Source of the DNA: Candidatus Binatus sp.
Lineage (GTDB): Bacteria > Acidobacteriota > Terriglobia > Acidiferrales > UBA7541
Length of the DNA: 64,000 bases
Direction of reading: 5' to 3'
Assembly (NCBI GenBank): GCA_035602755.1
Contig: DATNLR010000127.1
Span: 19,719 to 83,718 of the forward strand
In this document: piece by piece, positions 8,654 through 16,832 of the stretch
How positions within the stretch are numbered: position 1 is the stretch's first letter
How the letters are laid out: the number at the start of each line of letters is the position of its first letter
Position numbers and translations under genes: made by a program
Notes under the pieces: model-generated
Database searches by the model: none
What the model saw: the letters and a program-made list of their open reading frames with translations, nothing else
What the model was told of the DNA's origin: nothing

Positions 8654-10542
8654 TAAGTCCTTTGAGTGGATTTCTCCGAGGAATCCGAAGAAAGCTTCAG
8701 CCAATCGCGTTGATAAATGAAAGAAATCGCAAGCAGTACCGCACCGAGGGCAATAAAGCTGACAATTCTGTACGTGCCACCAAGCTCGGAAACGTCATAC
8801 ATAAAAACCTTGGCGATGGTGAATGCAATTAATATCAAAGCCTGCCAGCGGACAAAGGCCGAACGTTTCCGGAAGCCGATGGTCATCAAGACGACACCGT
8901 AAATCAACCAGATAGCTGAATAGGTAAAATCGCGGGCGAGGGTTAATTGGTTCTGGCGATAAAAGAGAAAACGGTCTCCGCTGGCTTGCATTCGTCGGGC
9001 AAAATAATCCGAGACTTCCAGCGTGAGGGCAATCAAGGCGAGCAGATTCACGCCAACTGCAGCTAAGTCGATGAGGGGCATTTCCTGTTCCGAGGCAAGT
9101 CTCTTCCCAAAAAATGCAATTCCGCCCAAGACAGCGATGGCGATCAAGTAGGTGAAAAATCTCAGATTGAATAGCAAGGTTTCTGTTTGAAAGTGGTCAT
9201 AAAACAGCAGCCGGAAAAGACCCAAGACTAAGGCTATAGAGGCGAGGTAGCGCAAGAAATTAACTTGGGTCTTGACGCTAATCCACAGAAGTACGGCAGA
9301 TTCGACGAGCCAGCTAATAGTGATCCACTGGCCTTCCAGCTTCAGTGGGATCGCGATGGTGATGAAGGTGATGGCCATAGCTACATGCAATAGGTGGATG
9401 AAGGTCGTGTCTTGCTTCGGAAAGCGCTTCTTGAAGGATGCGGCGATGCCCAGGTAAAAAGCGGCAAGCGCCAGAGCATACCATGTGAGTGTGAGGTTCT
9501 CACCTTGGTACATTTGATAGAGGGCCAGGAAAAATGCGACGGCGTTAAATAGCGGAATTAAAGTAAGCGTAACCGAAGGACCGGTGAATCGTTTCGACTC
9601 TTCGTAAGGCGATAGCAGCGGAATCGCCGCAAAGATAGCGAAAAACAACGCCGTAAAACAGACCGTGAGAATCCGCTGGTCTTTGGAATAGTAGTCTGAG
9701 CACCAACCGATATAGAGGAGCATGGTCCCAACAAAACTGCCCCAGAGCAAACGCCGCCAGGGCTTGAAAATGGACATCTCCAAAATCGCAAGGTCCAGCA
9801 GAGCGATATATGAAAAGAGCGCTACCTCGTGATTTTCTCCGGTAGAAAGCAGTACCGGGGTAGCGAATCCTCCAGCTAATGCAAAACTCGCCAGCAATTC
9901 CGCATTTTGCGTTAAGGCCAGAACGATGGTGGCTGCGGTTACGATTACCATGGCGGCGAATGCCGCTGCCGCCGGAATCAAGTGGTAAACCTGAAAAGCG
10001 CCCCAGAGCGATAGATAGAGCGTCCCGATGCCGGCAGCTTTTAAGGAATACGAAAATGCCAGGTGTCCCCGAGAGCGAAACTTTTCACTCCATACAATCA
10101 ATCCGATGCCCGCTAAAAGGCCAATTGCAATACGACCTGCCGGGCCGATCCAATTGTTTTCAAAAGCATATTTCAGAAAGTAAGAAACTCCGACCAGCAG
10201 AGCGACGATGCCGATTCGGTTCAGCCAAAACTGCCCAATCGTTTTTTCAAGACCAGCATCTTGTTTAGTCAGAGCTGACCCTAGATTCAGCTTCGACGGC
10301 ATAAAGGGTTTGGGGGGCGGGGCCGCGGTGTTCGGTGCATGCGACCCAGCGTCGGGCGGCGATAAAGATGGTTGAGGCAGGGAGCCCATAGCGGGAACCA
10401 CAGGCTGCTGTGGCAAGGGAGTAGTTGGTTGCGCCTTAGGCTCTGCTCGGATTCCGTTGCTTTGTTCTAGTTGGTACACCCGTGCAGTTAGTGCGGCAAC
10501 TTGAGCTTTCAAAGCTTCGAGTTCGTCTGGGGAACCCGCCAT
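8653..10542 (-). CDS. DUF2339-like polytopic inner-membrane protein with N-terminal coiled coil and Pro-rich linker
   Basis: N-terminus ELEALKAQVAALTARVYQLEQ (coiled coil), then a Pro-rich linker, then roughly 15 or more hydrophobic helices filling the rest of the 629 aa. Confidence 0.6.
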   Translation of the reverse strand: MAGSPDELEALKAQVAALTARVYQLEQSNGIRAEPKAQPTTPLPQQPVVPAMGSLPQPSLSPPDAGSHAPNTAAPPPKPFMPSKLNLGSALTKQDAGLEKTIGQFWLNRIGIVALLVGVSYFLKYAFENNWIGPAGRIAIGLLAGIGLIVWSEKFRSRGHLAFSYSLKAAGIGTLYLSLWGAFQVYHLIPAAAAFAAMVIVTAATIVLALTQNAELLASFALAGGFATPVLLSTGENHEVALFSYIALLDLAILEMSIFKPWRRLLWGSFVGTMLLYIGWCSDYYSKDQRILTVCFTALFFAIFAAIPLLSPYEESKRFTGPSVTLTLIPLFNAVAFFLALYQMYQGENLTLTWYALALAAFYLGIAASFKKRFPKQDTTFIHLLHVAMAITFITIAIPLKLEGQWITISWLVESAVLLWISVKTQVNFLRYLASIALVLGLFRLLFYDHFQTETLLFNLRFFTYLIAIAVLGGIAFFGKRLASEQEMPLIDLAAVGVNLLALIALTLEVSDYFARRMQASGDRFLFYRQNQLTLARDFTYSAIWLIYGVVLMTIGFRKRSAFVRWQALILIAFTIAKVFMYDVSELGGTYRIVSFIALGAVLLAISFIYQRDWLKLSSDSSEKSTQRT

Positions 10543-10774
10543 CGGCGTACACTAACCTATCGGTTAACTCCGAGCAAGGAAGTAGGCTGAAACGATTCGG
10601 CAAGAATAACTACGACATCTCTGTGCTTGACGGAACATGCAGGAATAGCGAAGCGCCAAAATGTGATATTTCTTGAGTCCGTGGCGCAGTTTGGCCGCAT
10701 CACATCCCGAGCGAAACGCGCGGCTACTGGTTTCGGCAATATTCTTTCCCGGATAACTTGCGAGGAGGTGCCAC

Positions 10775-12424
10775 ATGCGAGGCAACGGAATTCGAGGCTC
10801 GCTTCTGAAAGTCTGCATTGGTGCGGCCATTTTGATGCTGAGCTGCGCTCTCGCGCGAGGCCAAGAACCGCCAGCGCAGAGGGCGCCTATGCCCGCGCAG
10901 GCCGATGCGACGCCTGACCTGCGCGCCTTGGCGGACGCCATTCGGACTTTGCAAGCCCAGGTGCAGACGCTGAATTCTCAAGTGAGCGAGTTGCGCACGG
11001 ATGAGCAGCGTTGGCACGCGGAAGCTCGCGAGCTGCGCAGCGAACTGGAACTCACCCGCGCGCAACTCGCTTCGCATCCGGACGCGATGAACTACGCGGA
11101 ATCATCCACCTCGTCACAGAAATTCCTGCCGCCGTCGTCGAATTCAAATCTGAGCTCCCCTCCCGTAACAATTCAAACTGCTGAGGCGCCAACTCTGGAA
11201 GAGCGCTTAGCGAAACTGGAAGACAATCAGGATTTGCTCGACGCCAAGATTAACGAGCAGAGCCAAACAAAAGTGGAAAGTGGCTCAAAGTATCGCGTAA
11301 GACTCTCCGGCATCTTGCTATTGAATTTATTTGATACGCGAGGACCCGTGGACAATCTGGACTTCCCGCAGCTGGCGGTTCCTCCTACATTAGGGAACTC
11401 TTCAAACGCTTTCGCGGCTACCATTCGCCAATCGCAGATTGGACTGGAGGTGTTCGGTCCGGAGATTGCGGGAGCGCGCACCAGCGCGAATGTGAAATTT
11501 GATTTTGCGGGTGGATTTGCCGATCTGCCGAACGGAGTTTCCATGGGAGTGGTTCGCCTGCGCACCGGCACCATGCGGATGGACTGGGCCAACACTTCTA
11601 TCGTCGCCGGCCAGGATACCTTGTTTTTCGCACCCTTGATCCCAACTTCGCTAGCTTCGATAGCTACTCCTCCGCTGGCTTACGCCGGAAATCTTTGGAG
11701 CTGGACGCCGCAAATTCGCATCGAACATCGTAAGGACTTGAGCGAGGGATCGAGCTTGACGTTCGAAGCAGGAGTCTTAGATTCACTTACGGGAGACCTC
11801 CCTGTGATGCAAGGCTATCGCGCTCCAACGGCGGGTGAACAATCCGGCCAGCCAGCGTATGCCGGGCGCATCGCCTGGAGTCACGGTTTGTTCGAACGAA
11901 ATTTTACGACTGGCGTGGGCGGCTACTATGGGCGCCAAAACTGGGAATTTGGCCGCGATGTCGATGGGTGGGCGGTGACGGCAGACCTCTCGATGCCGCT
12001 CAGCAGATTGTTTTCGGTAACCGGGGAATTCTATCGCGGGCGCGCCGTGGGTGGGCTTGCGGGCGGGGTAGGCCAGGATATTCTGCTTTCAGGTGCGCTT
12101 GCGGATCCCACGACCAGTATCCACGGGCTAGATTCGATCGGTGGCTGGACGCAGTTAAAATTCAAGCCCAGCGCTAAATTCGAGGTGAATGCTGCGCTAG
12201 GCATGGATAACCCGTTCGCGAGCGAATTGAGGCGTTTTCCAGCCACGCAGTATTATTATGGCTATTCCATATCGCGAAATCTTAGCCCGTTCATCAATTT
12301 TATTTATCAGGTGCGTTCGGACGTGTTGTTTTCAGCCGAATATAGACGGATCCAGACGTACACGCTCGACAGCAATTTCAACGCGGCCAATCAATTCGGA
12401 ATCAGCATCGGGTACATATTCTAA
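10775..12424 (+). CDS. Outer-membrane beta-barrel (porin-like) protein with N-terminal coiled-coil segment
   Basis: GAGGAGG Shine-Dalgarno 7 nt before the ATG. Signal peptide LKVCIGAAILMLSCALARG. Coiled coil ALADAIRTLQAQVQTLNSQVSELR. Alternating amphipathic beta pattern and a terminal aromatic residue (...ISIGYIF) typical of OMPs. Confidence 0.55.
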   Translation: MRGNGIRGSLLKVCIGAAILMLSCALARGQEPPAQRAPMPAQADATPDLRALADAIRTLQAQVQTLNSQVSELRTDEQRWHAEARELRSELELTRAQLASHPDAMNYAESSTSSQKFLPPSSNSNLSSPPVTIQTAEAPTLEERLAKLEDNQDLLDAKINEQSQTKVESGSKYRVRLSGILLLNLFDTRGPVDNLDFPQLAVPPTLGNSSNAFAATIRQSQIGLEVFGPEIAGARTSANVKFDFAGGFADLPNGVSMGVVRLRTGTMRMDWANTSIVAGQDTLFFAPLIPTSLASIATPPLAYAGNLWSWTPQIRIEHRKDLSEGSSLTFEAGVLDSLTGDLPVMQGYRAPTAGEQSGQPAYAGRIAWSHGLFERNFTTGVGGYYGRQNWEFGRDVDGWAVTADLSMPLSRLFSVTGEFYRGRAVGGLAGGVGQDILLSGALADPTTSIHGLDSIGGWTQLKFKPSAKFEVNAALGMDNPFASELRRFPATQYYYGYSISRNLSPFINFIYQVRSDVLFSAEYRRIQTYTLDSNFNAANQFGISIGYIF

Positions 12425-13170
12425 TGAAATCGTGGGGAACGGCTCGATTCTTGAAAATTCGCGACGGGCTAGTGCTGTTGGGGTTCTGTTTCTTTCCCCT
12501 TGCTGCACATGCGCAGGACAATACGGTGACTGCTAAGGTTGTGGAGGTGAAGCAGGGAACGGGTAGCGTCTCCAATGCTCCGAATGTTGTGGTGTGGCTC
12601 AGCCCACTGGATAATTCGAGGCAAGAATCTGCGGATCACCTAGCCGCGGCGCGAAGCCCCCAACTCGTACAACAAGACAAAACTTTTGTCCCCCATATTC
12701 TGGTAGTGCAAGTCGGCACGGTGGTTCAGTTTCCAAACCGTGATCCGTTCTTCCACAATATTTTCTCGTTATATGACGGCAAACGATTTGATCTGGGATT
12801 ATACGAAGCAGGCACCACACGATCGGTCCGCTTCGACCGCCCAGGCGTGAGCTTTCTGTTTTGCAATATACATGCGGAAATGAGCGCTGCCGTGGTGGCG
12901 GTCGAAACTCCGTATTTCGCGATTTCCGATCGCCTGGGGCGGCTGAGCATATCCAATGTTCCCGATGGGCGCTATGAGATGCACATTTGGGACGAGCGCG
13001 GCACGCCGGAAAGCCTGAAGAGTCTCACTCGTACGGTGGTAATTTCCGGATCTAGCCGTGCTTTGCCAGCTATCCGCATAGTTGATAATCCCGATTTCAC
13101 CCTGGCGCACAAAAATAAGTATGGCCAGGATTACGTTCCGCCGCCCAATTCTGGTTACGTGCAGCCATAA
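12424..13170 (+). CDS. Periplasmic cupredoxin-fold (plastocyanin/amicyanin-like) protein with C-terminal carboxypeptidase-regulatory-like beta-sandwich
   Basis: Signal peptide present. FPNRDPFFHNIFS resembles the plastocyanin ...FPHNIVF block. FLFCNIHAEM has the amicyanin-type C-x2-H-x2-M spacing. The C-terminus RLSISNVPDGRYEMHIWDE is CarboxypepD_reg-like. The start overlaps the upstream stop (TAATG). Confidence 0.55.
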   Translation: MKSWGTARFLKIRDGLVLLGFCFFPLAAHAQDNTVTAKVVEVKQGTGSVSNAPNVVVWLSPLDNSRQESADHLAAARSPQLVQQDKTFVPHILVVQVGTVVQFPNRDPFFHNIFSLYDGKRFDLGLYEAGTTRSVRFDRPGVSFLFCNIHAEMSAAVVAVETPYFAISDRLGRLSISNVPDGRYEMHIWDERGTPESLKSLTRTVVISGSSRALPAIRIVDNPDFTLAHKNKYGQDYVPPPNSGYVQP

Positions 13171-13460
13171 GTTATTGAACTGCGGACGGCTTGCCAATCG
13201 CCAAATTCTAGGACGATGTTACAAATTGTTTACAATTTGCAAACACGCCGGTGACAACAATTACGGTGCTCTCTCTCAATCTAGTGTCTGATACTACGGG
13301 ATTTAGCGCTAAGCCGACTTTCAGCGATTATTTCAAGGTCGCGTCGGTCCGCTAATTGCCCGGTGCATTGACGGTCTAAAGTGAACGGTCTAGCATTAAA
13401 GACTCCCCGTTTCCTTTTACCGATCGCGCACCGCTTTGCGTGACCGAGGACACTAAATTT

Positions 13461-14198
13461 ATGGATACCGTTCTAATTGTCGAAGACAGCCGCCCCATGC
13501 AGCGGACATTGCAGCGGCTGTTTGAATCCGATGGACTGCAGGTAGAGATCGCTTCCGATGGCGTCGCGGGACTAGAAAGTTTTAGAAAGCAGATTCCTGA
13601 CGTGGTCGTGCTGGACCTAACCCTTCCGCGTCTTCCGGGTAAGGAGCTTTGCCGCGCGTTCAAAACTCATGCGGCGGCGGTGCCCGTCGTAGTGTTAAGC
13701 GCAAATACCGAAGTGGAAGACAAAGTCCTCCTTTTGGAGCTGGGGGCCGATGATTACGTAACAAAGCCCTTCAGCCCCAAAGAGCTTCTGGCGCGTGTGA
13801 GACGTGCGATGCGTCGCGCGAGCGCGCAGGCAACCGACGCCGCGAAAAATGTCCAGGAAACGCCGCGGCATGAATTGCTGATGTTTGGCGACGCGAAGAT
13901 TGACTTCACCGGAATGGTAGCCACCCGCGCGGGGAAAGCGCTAAGCTTCACGGCGCAAGAATTCAAGTTACTTAAATTTTTCGCGCACTCGCCTGGAAAA
14001 GTTATTTCGCGTGAAGAACTCTTGAACGCTGTGTGGGGATATCAGAATTATCCAACAACACGCACCGTGGATAATCACGTGTTGCGTCTGCGCCAGAAGC
14101 TTGAGCCCGATCCTGGCAACCCGCGGTATTTTCTAACCATGCACGGCACGGGATACAAATTTTCGCCCGGCGATCTCGTTGGGGTACCTGAAAAATAG
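13461..14198 (+). CDS. OmpR-family response regulator (receiver + winged-helix DNA-binding domain)
   Basis: Receiver motifs VLIVEDS, VVVLDLTLP and DDYVTKPF. Winged-helix motifs FTAQEFKLLKFF, TRTVDNHVLRLRQKLE and GTGYKF. The ORF extends to a GTG at 13440; the ATG at 13461 is preferred. Confidence 0.9.
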   Translation: MDTVLIVEDSRPMQRTLQRLFESDGLQVEIASDGVAGLESFRKQIPDVVVLDLTLPRLPGKELCRAFKTHAAAVPVVVLSANTEVEDKVLLLELGADDYVTKPFSPKELLARVRRAMRRASAQATDAAKNVQETPRHELLMFGDAKIDFTGMVATRAGKALSFTAQEFKLLKFFAHSPGKVISREELLNAVWGYQNYPTTRTVDNHVLRLRQKLEPDPGNPRYFLTMHGTGYKFSPGDLVGVPEK

Positions 14199-14211
14199 CG
14201 CGAGGAGCTGA

Positions 14212-15984
14212 ATGGCACGTCTCAGACTACGATCACAACTACTGATCGCGTCCCTTTTAATAATCTGCACACTGACGGGTGGCCTGCTTTTAATCGTGCG
14301 CTACACGGTACGCTCGGAAATCGCTAAACAGGTACGAGAGAGCACCGACGCGTCGCTGCTGGCCTTCGAAAACATGCAGCGCGAACGTGAGCTTCAACTA
14401 TCTCGCACAGCGGCGCTTCTCGCAGAGCTCCCTACGCTGAAGGCTTCCATGACCACCGAACACATACTGACTATTCAAGATGCCTCGGAACCATTCTGGA
14501 AGCTGGCCGGCAGCGATCTCTTTCTGCTGGCGAAATCAGATGGAAGCTTGCTTGGGTTTCACGTTGGGAAGCCGGGGTGGGATGCGGAGGTTGCGGCGCG
14601 CGATTTGAAAAGCTCTCTGGAACAAGGAGAAGACGCCGCTTGGTGGTACGCCAACGGACAACTCTATCGAGTTTTCTTGCACCCGGTCACAGCCGGCACG
14701 GCGGAGAACCAGAGGCAACTTGGAATACTCGCCATCGGTTATCAGATAGATTCAACGATGGCGAAGCAGCTCGCCGAAGTATCCGGCAGTGAAATTGCGC
14801 TCGCGACGGGTGACAAGATCATAGCTTCGACTCTTTCGCCGCAAGAGGAGGCTGAACTCGAGCAGTCGCTGCAACGGAAGTTCAACGCAGATAATGATTC
14901 GCGGGAGATGACATTAGCGTCGAATCAATACCAGGTGGCGTCCATACTAATTCAAAGCGGACCTCCTGCACCGGTAAAGTCTTACGTACTCATGTCCTTG
15001 CAGCCGGCCAATGGTTTCATCAAGCGGCTGAATCGCACAATTTTCATACTTGCGATTTCCGCTGTTGCGCTGGCGGCCTTGCTTTTGACTTTCGTGTCAC
15101 GGACTATTACGCACCCTCTGGATAATCTGGTTTCCGGGGTCCGCGCGCTGGCTGCTGGGGATTACACATACTCGATCACGCCGCGTGGGAGCAGCGAGGT
15201 TGCCGAGCTGGGCGAGGCATTCTCAAAAATGCGCGGCGAACTGCTCGCTTCGCAACAACAACAGCTTGCTACCGAGCGCATCGCGGCTTTCGGAACAGCG
15301 GCTAGTTCGATTTCGCACGATCTTCGGCACTATCTCGCGGCCGTTGTGGCCAATGCGGAATTCCTGTACGAAGCGGAGAAACTGAAACTTAATCGAGACG
15401 AAATCTATGACGAAATCAAAACGGCATCGGATCAAATGACCGACTTATTGGATTCGCTGCGGGAATTGGCGCGTACAGACAGTTCGATTGTTCCGGTGCC
15501 GGCCTTCCTGGATCAGAGTGTGCGGCGGGCTATCGATTCTGTCCGGGCCAGGCCTGAACTTCGGAGCCGTCTGATTTCAATCAGCACATCCGGTGACATG
15601 AACGGAGTGTTCGATCCGAAGAAAATGGAACGTGCATTCTTCAATCTGCTGTTGAATGCTTGTGAAGCTACGGCCCAGTCCGAAGGGCAAATAAAAATTG
15701 AAGTCGGATCATCCGGTGAATTATTTAAAGTCCGTGTTGCGGACAATGGCGCCGGGGTGCCGGCTTCGATCCGTGGGACGCTCTTCCATCCCTTTGTGAG
15801 TTCGGGGAAATCGAACGGCACGGGCCTCGGGCTCGCCATCGTAAGCAAAGTGATTCACGACCACGGTGGGACAGTAACGGTGGAACGCACGTCAGGTGCT
15901 GGAACAATTTTTCTAGTCACCTGGCCGCGCTCGGTGAATGGACGAGCGATGACTGACCGCACGCCGGCCTCATCGCTTAGTTGA
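14212..15984 (+). CDS. Sensor histidine kinase (TM - periplasmic sensor - TM - HAMP - HisKA - HATPase_c)
   Basis: Two TM segments flank a ~250-aa periplasmic region. H-box SSISHDLRHYL, N-box NLLLNACEA, G-boxes DNGAGV and GTGLGLAIV. GAGGAG Shine-Dalgarno before the ATG. Confidence 0.9.
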   Translation: MARLRLRSQLLIASLLIICTLTGGLLLIVRYTVRSEIAKQVRESTDASLLAFENMQRERELQLSRTAALLAELPTLKASMTTEHILTIQDASEPFWKLAGSDLFLLAKSDGSLLGFHVGKPGWDAEVAARDLKSSLEQGEDAAWWYANGQLYRVFLHPVTAGTAENQRQLGILAIGYQIDSTMAKQLAEVSGSEIALATGDKIIASTLSPQEEAELEQSLQRKFNADNDSREMTLASNQYQVASILIQSGPPAPVKSYVLMSLQPANGFIKRLNRTIFILAISAVALAALLLTFVSRTITHPLDNLVSGVRALAAGDYTYSITPRGSSEVAELGEAFSKMRGELLASQQQQLATERIAAFGTAASSISHDLRHYLAAVVANAEFLYEAEKLKLNRDEIYDEIKTASDQMTDLLDSLRELARTDSSIVPVPAFLDQSVRRAIDSVRARPELRSRLISISTSGDMNGVFDPKKMERAFFNLLLNACEATAQSEGQIKIEVGSSGELFKVRVADNGAGVPASIRGTLFHPFVSSGKSNGTGLGLAIVSKVIHDHGGTVTVERTSGAGTIFLVTWPRSVNGRAMTDRTPASSLS

Positions 15985-16183
15985 AGTCAATGGGGACTGA
16001 CTAAGCGCCTCCGTTTCTATCTGGGACAGGCAGAGTTACTGCCGCAATAAATACAAATCTTAAAATCGCAGTTCCTCGTGTTTTCGCGTGTGTCCTGACC
16101 GCTAACCTTAGTTGACGCATACACTAAAGACCCTATTACGCATGAATTGTTTGGCATTCAACATGTAGATGGAGGATGGAGTT

Positions 16184-16564
16184 ATGTCAAATGTTCGAAT
16201 CCTTATTGTGGATGATAAACCGCTCGTGAGAAACGGGCTGCGCTTGTTCCTGGAACTACACCAGGGCATGACCGTCTGTGGCGAAGCTTCCGATGGGCTC
16301 GAAGCCATCAAAAAAGCTTTCGAGCTTAAACCCGACGTGATCTTGCTGGATTTAAGCATGCCCACTCTCGACGGCCTGAAGGCCGCGCAGCTTATACACC
16401 AAGGCTCACCCCGGGCGGAGATTTTGATCGTCACAAGTCATCACTCGCTGGAAGCGGCGCGCTTAGCTGCGGAGGCGGGAGCCAGCGGCTACGTAACGAA
16501 GTCTTTGGTTACGACGGATTTGCTACCAGCGATCGAGGAAGCGGTGAACCGGCACGCGGCTTAG
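16184..16564 (+). CDS. Stand-alone receiver-domain response regulator (NarL-like receiver, no output domain)
   Basis: Motifs RILIVDDKPLVRNGL, PDVILLDLSMPTLDG and GASGYVTKS. The ORF stops directly after the receiver domain. An in-frame ATG at 16169 is also possible. Confidence 0.85.
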   Translation: MSNVRILIVDDKPLVRNGLRLFLELHQGMTVCGEASDGLEAIKKAFELKPDVILLDLSMPTLDGLKAAQLIHQGSPRAEILIVTSHHSLEAARLAAEAGASGYVTKSLVTTDLLPAIEEAVNRHAA

Positions 16565-16600
16565 TTGACAGACTTAAGTCTAAATCCAATCGGGGGTGAA

Positions 16601-16792
16601 ATGGCCTCTCCGTCAGCAGAGGAATTTCAAAAAGAATTCAATACCGTTCGCAACAAGCAGGTTGAAATATTCGAGCGCCTGAGCCATATGGAAAGTCAGA
16701 TAAGGCAGCTCACCGAAAACATGCGAAAGCTGGAAGACGTGGTTCATAAACTAGACGGCAGTTCGCAGCGCAAAAATCCGTACCAGCGCTAG
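16601..16792 (+). CDS. Small coiled-coil hypothetical protein
   Basis: 63 aa with heptad-like ERLSHMESQIRQLTENMRKLEDVVHKL. G-rich Shine-Dalgarno (GGGGGTG) before the ATG. It lies immediately downstream of the receiver gene. No family recognised. Confidence 0.35.
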   Translation: MASPSAEEFQKEFNTVRNKQVEIFERLSHMESQIRQLTENMRKLEDVVHKLDGSSQRKNPYQR

Positions 16793-16832
16793 CTAGCTTT
16801 GCGCGCTGGTACCGGCCTTCAGGGCACCGAGT

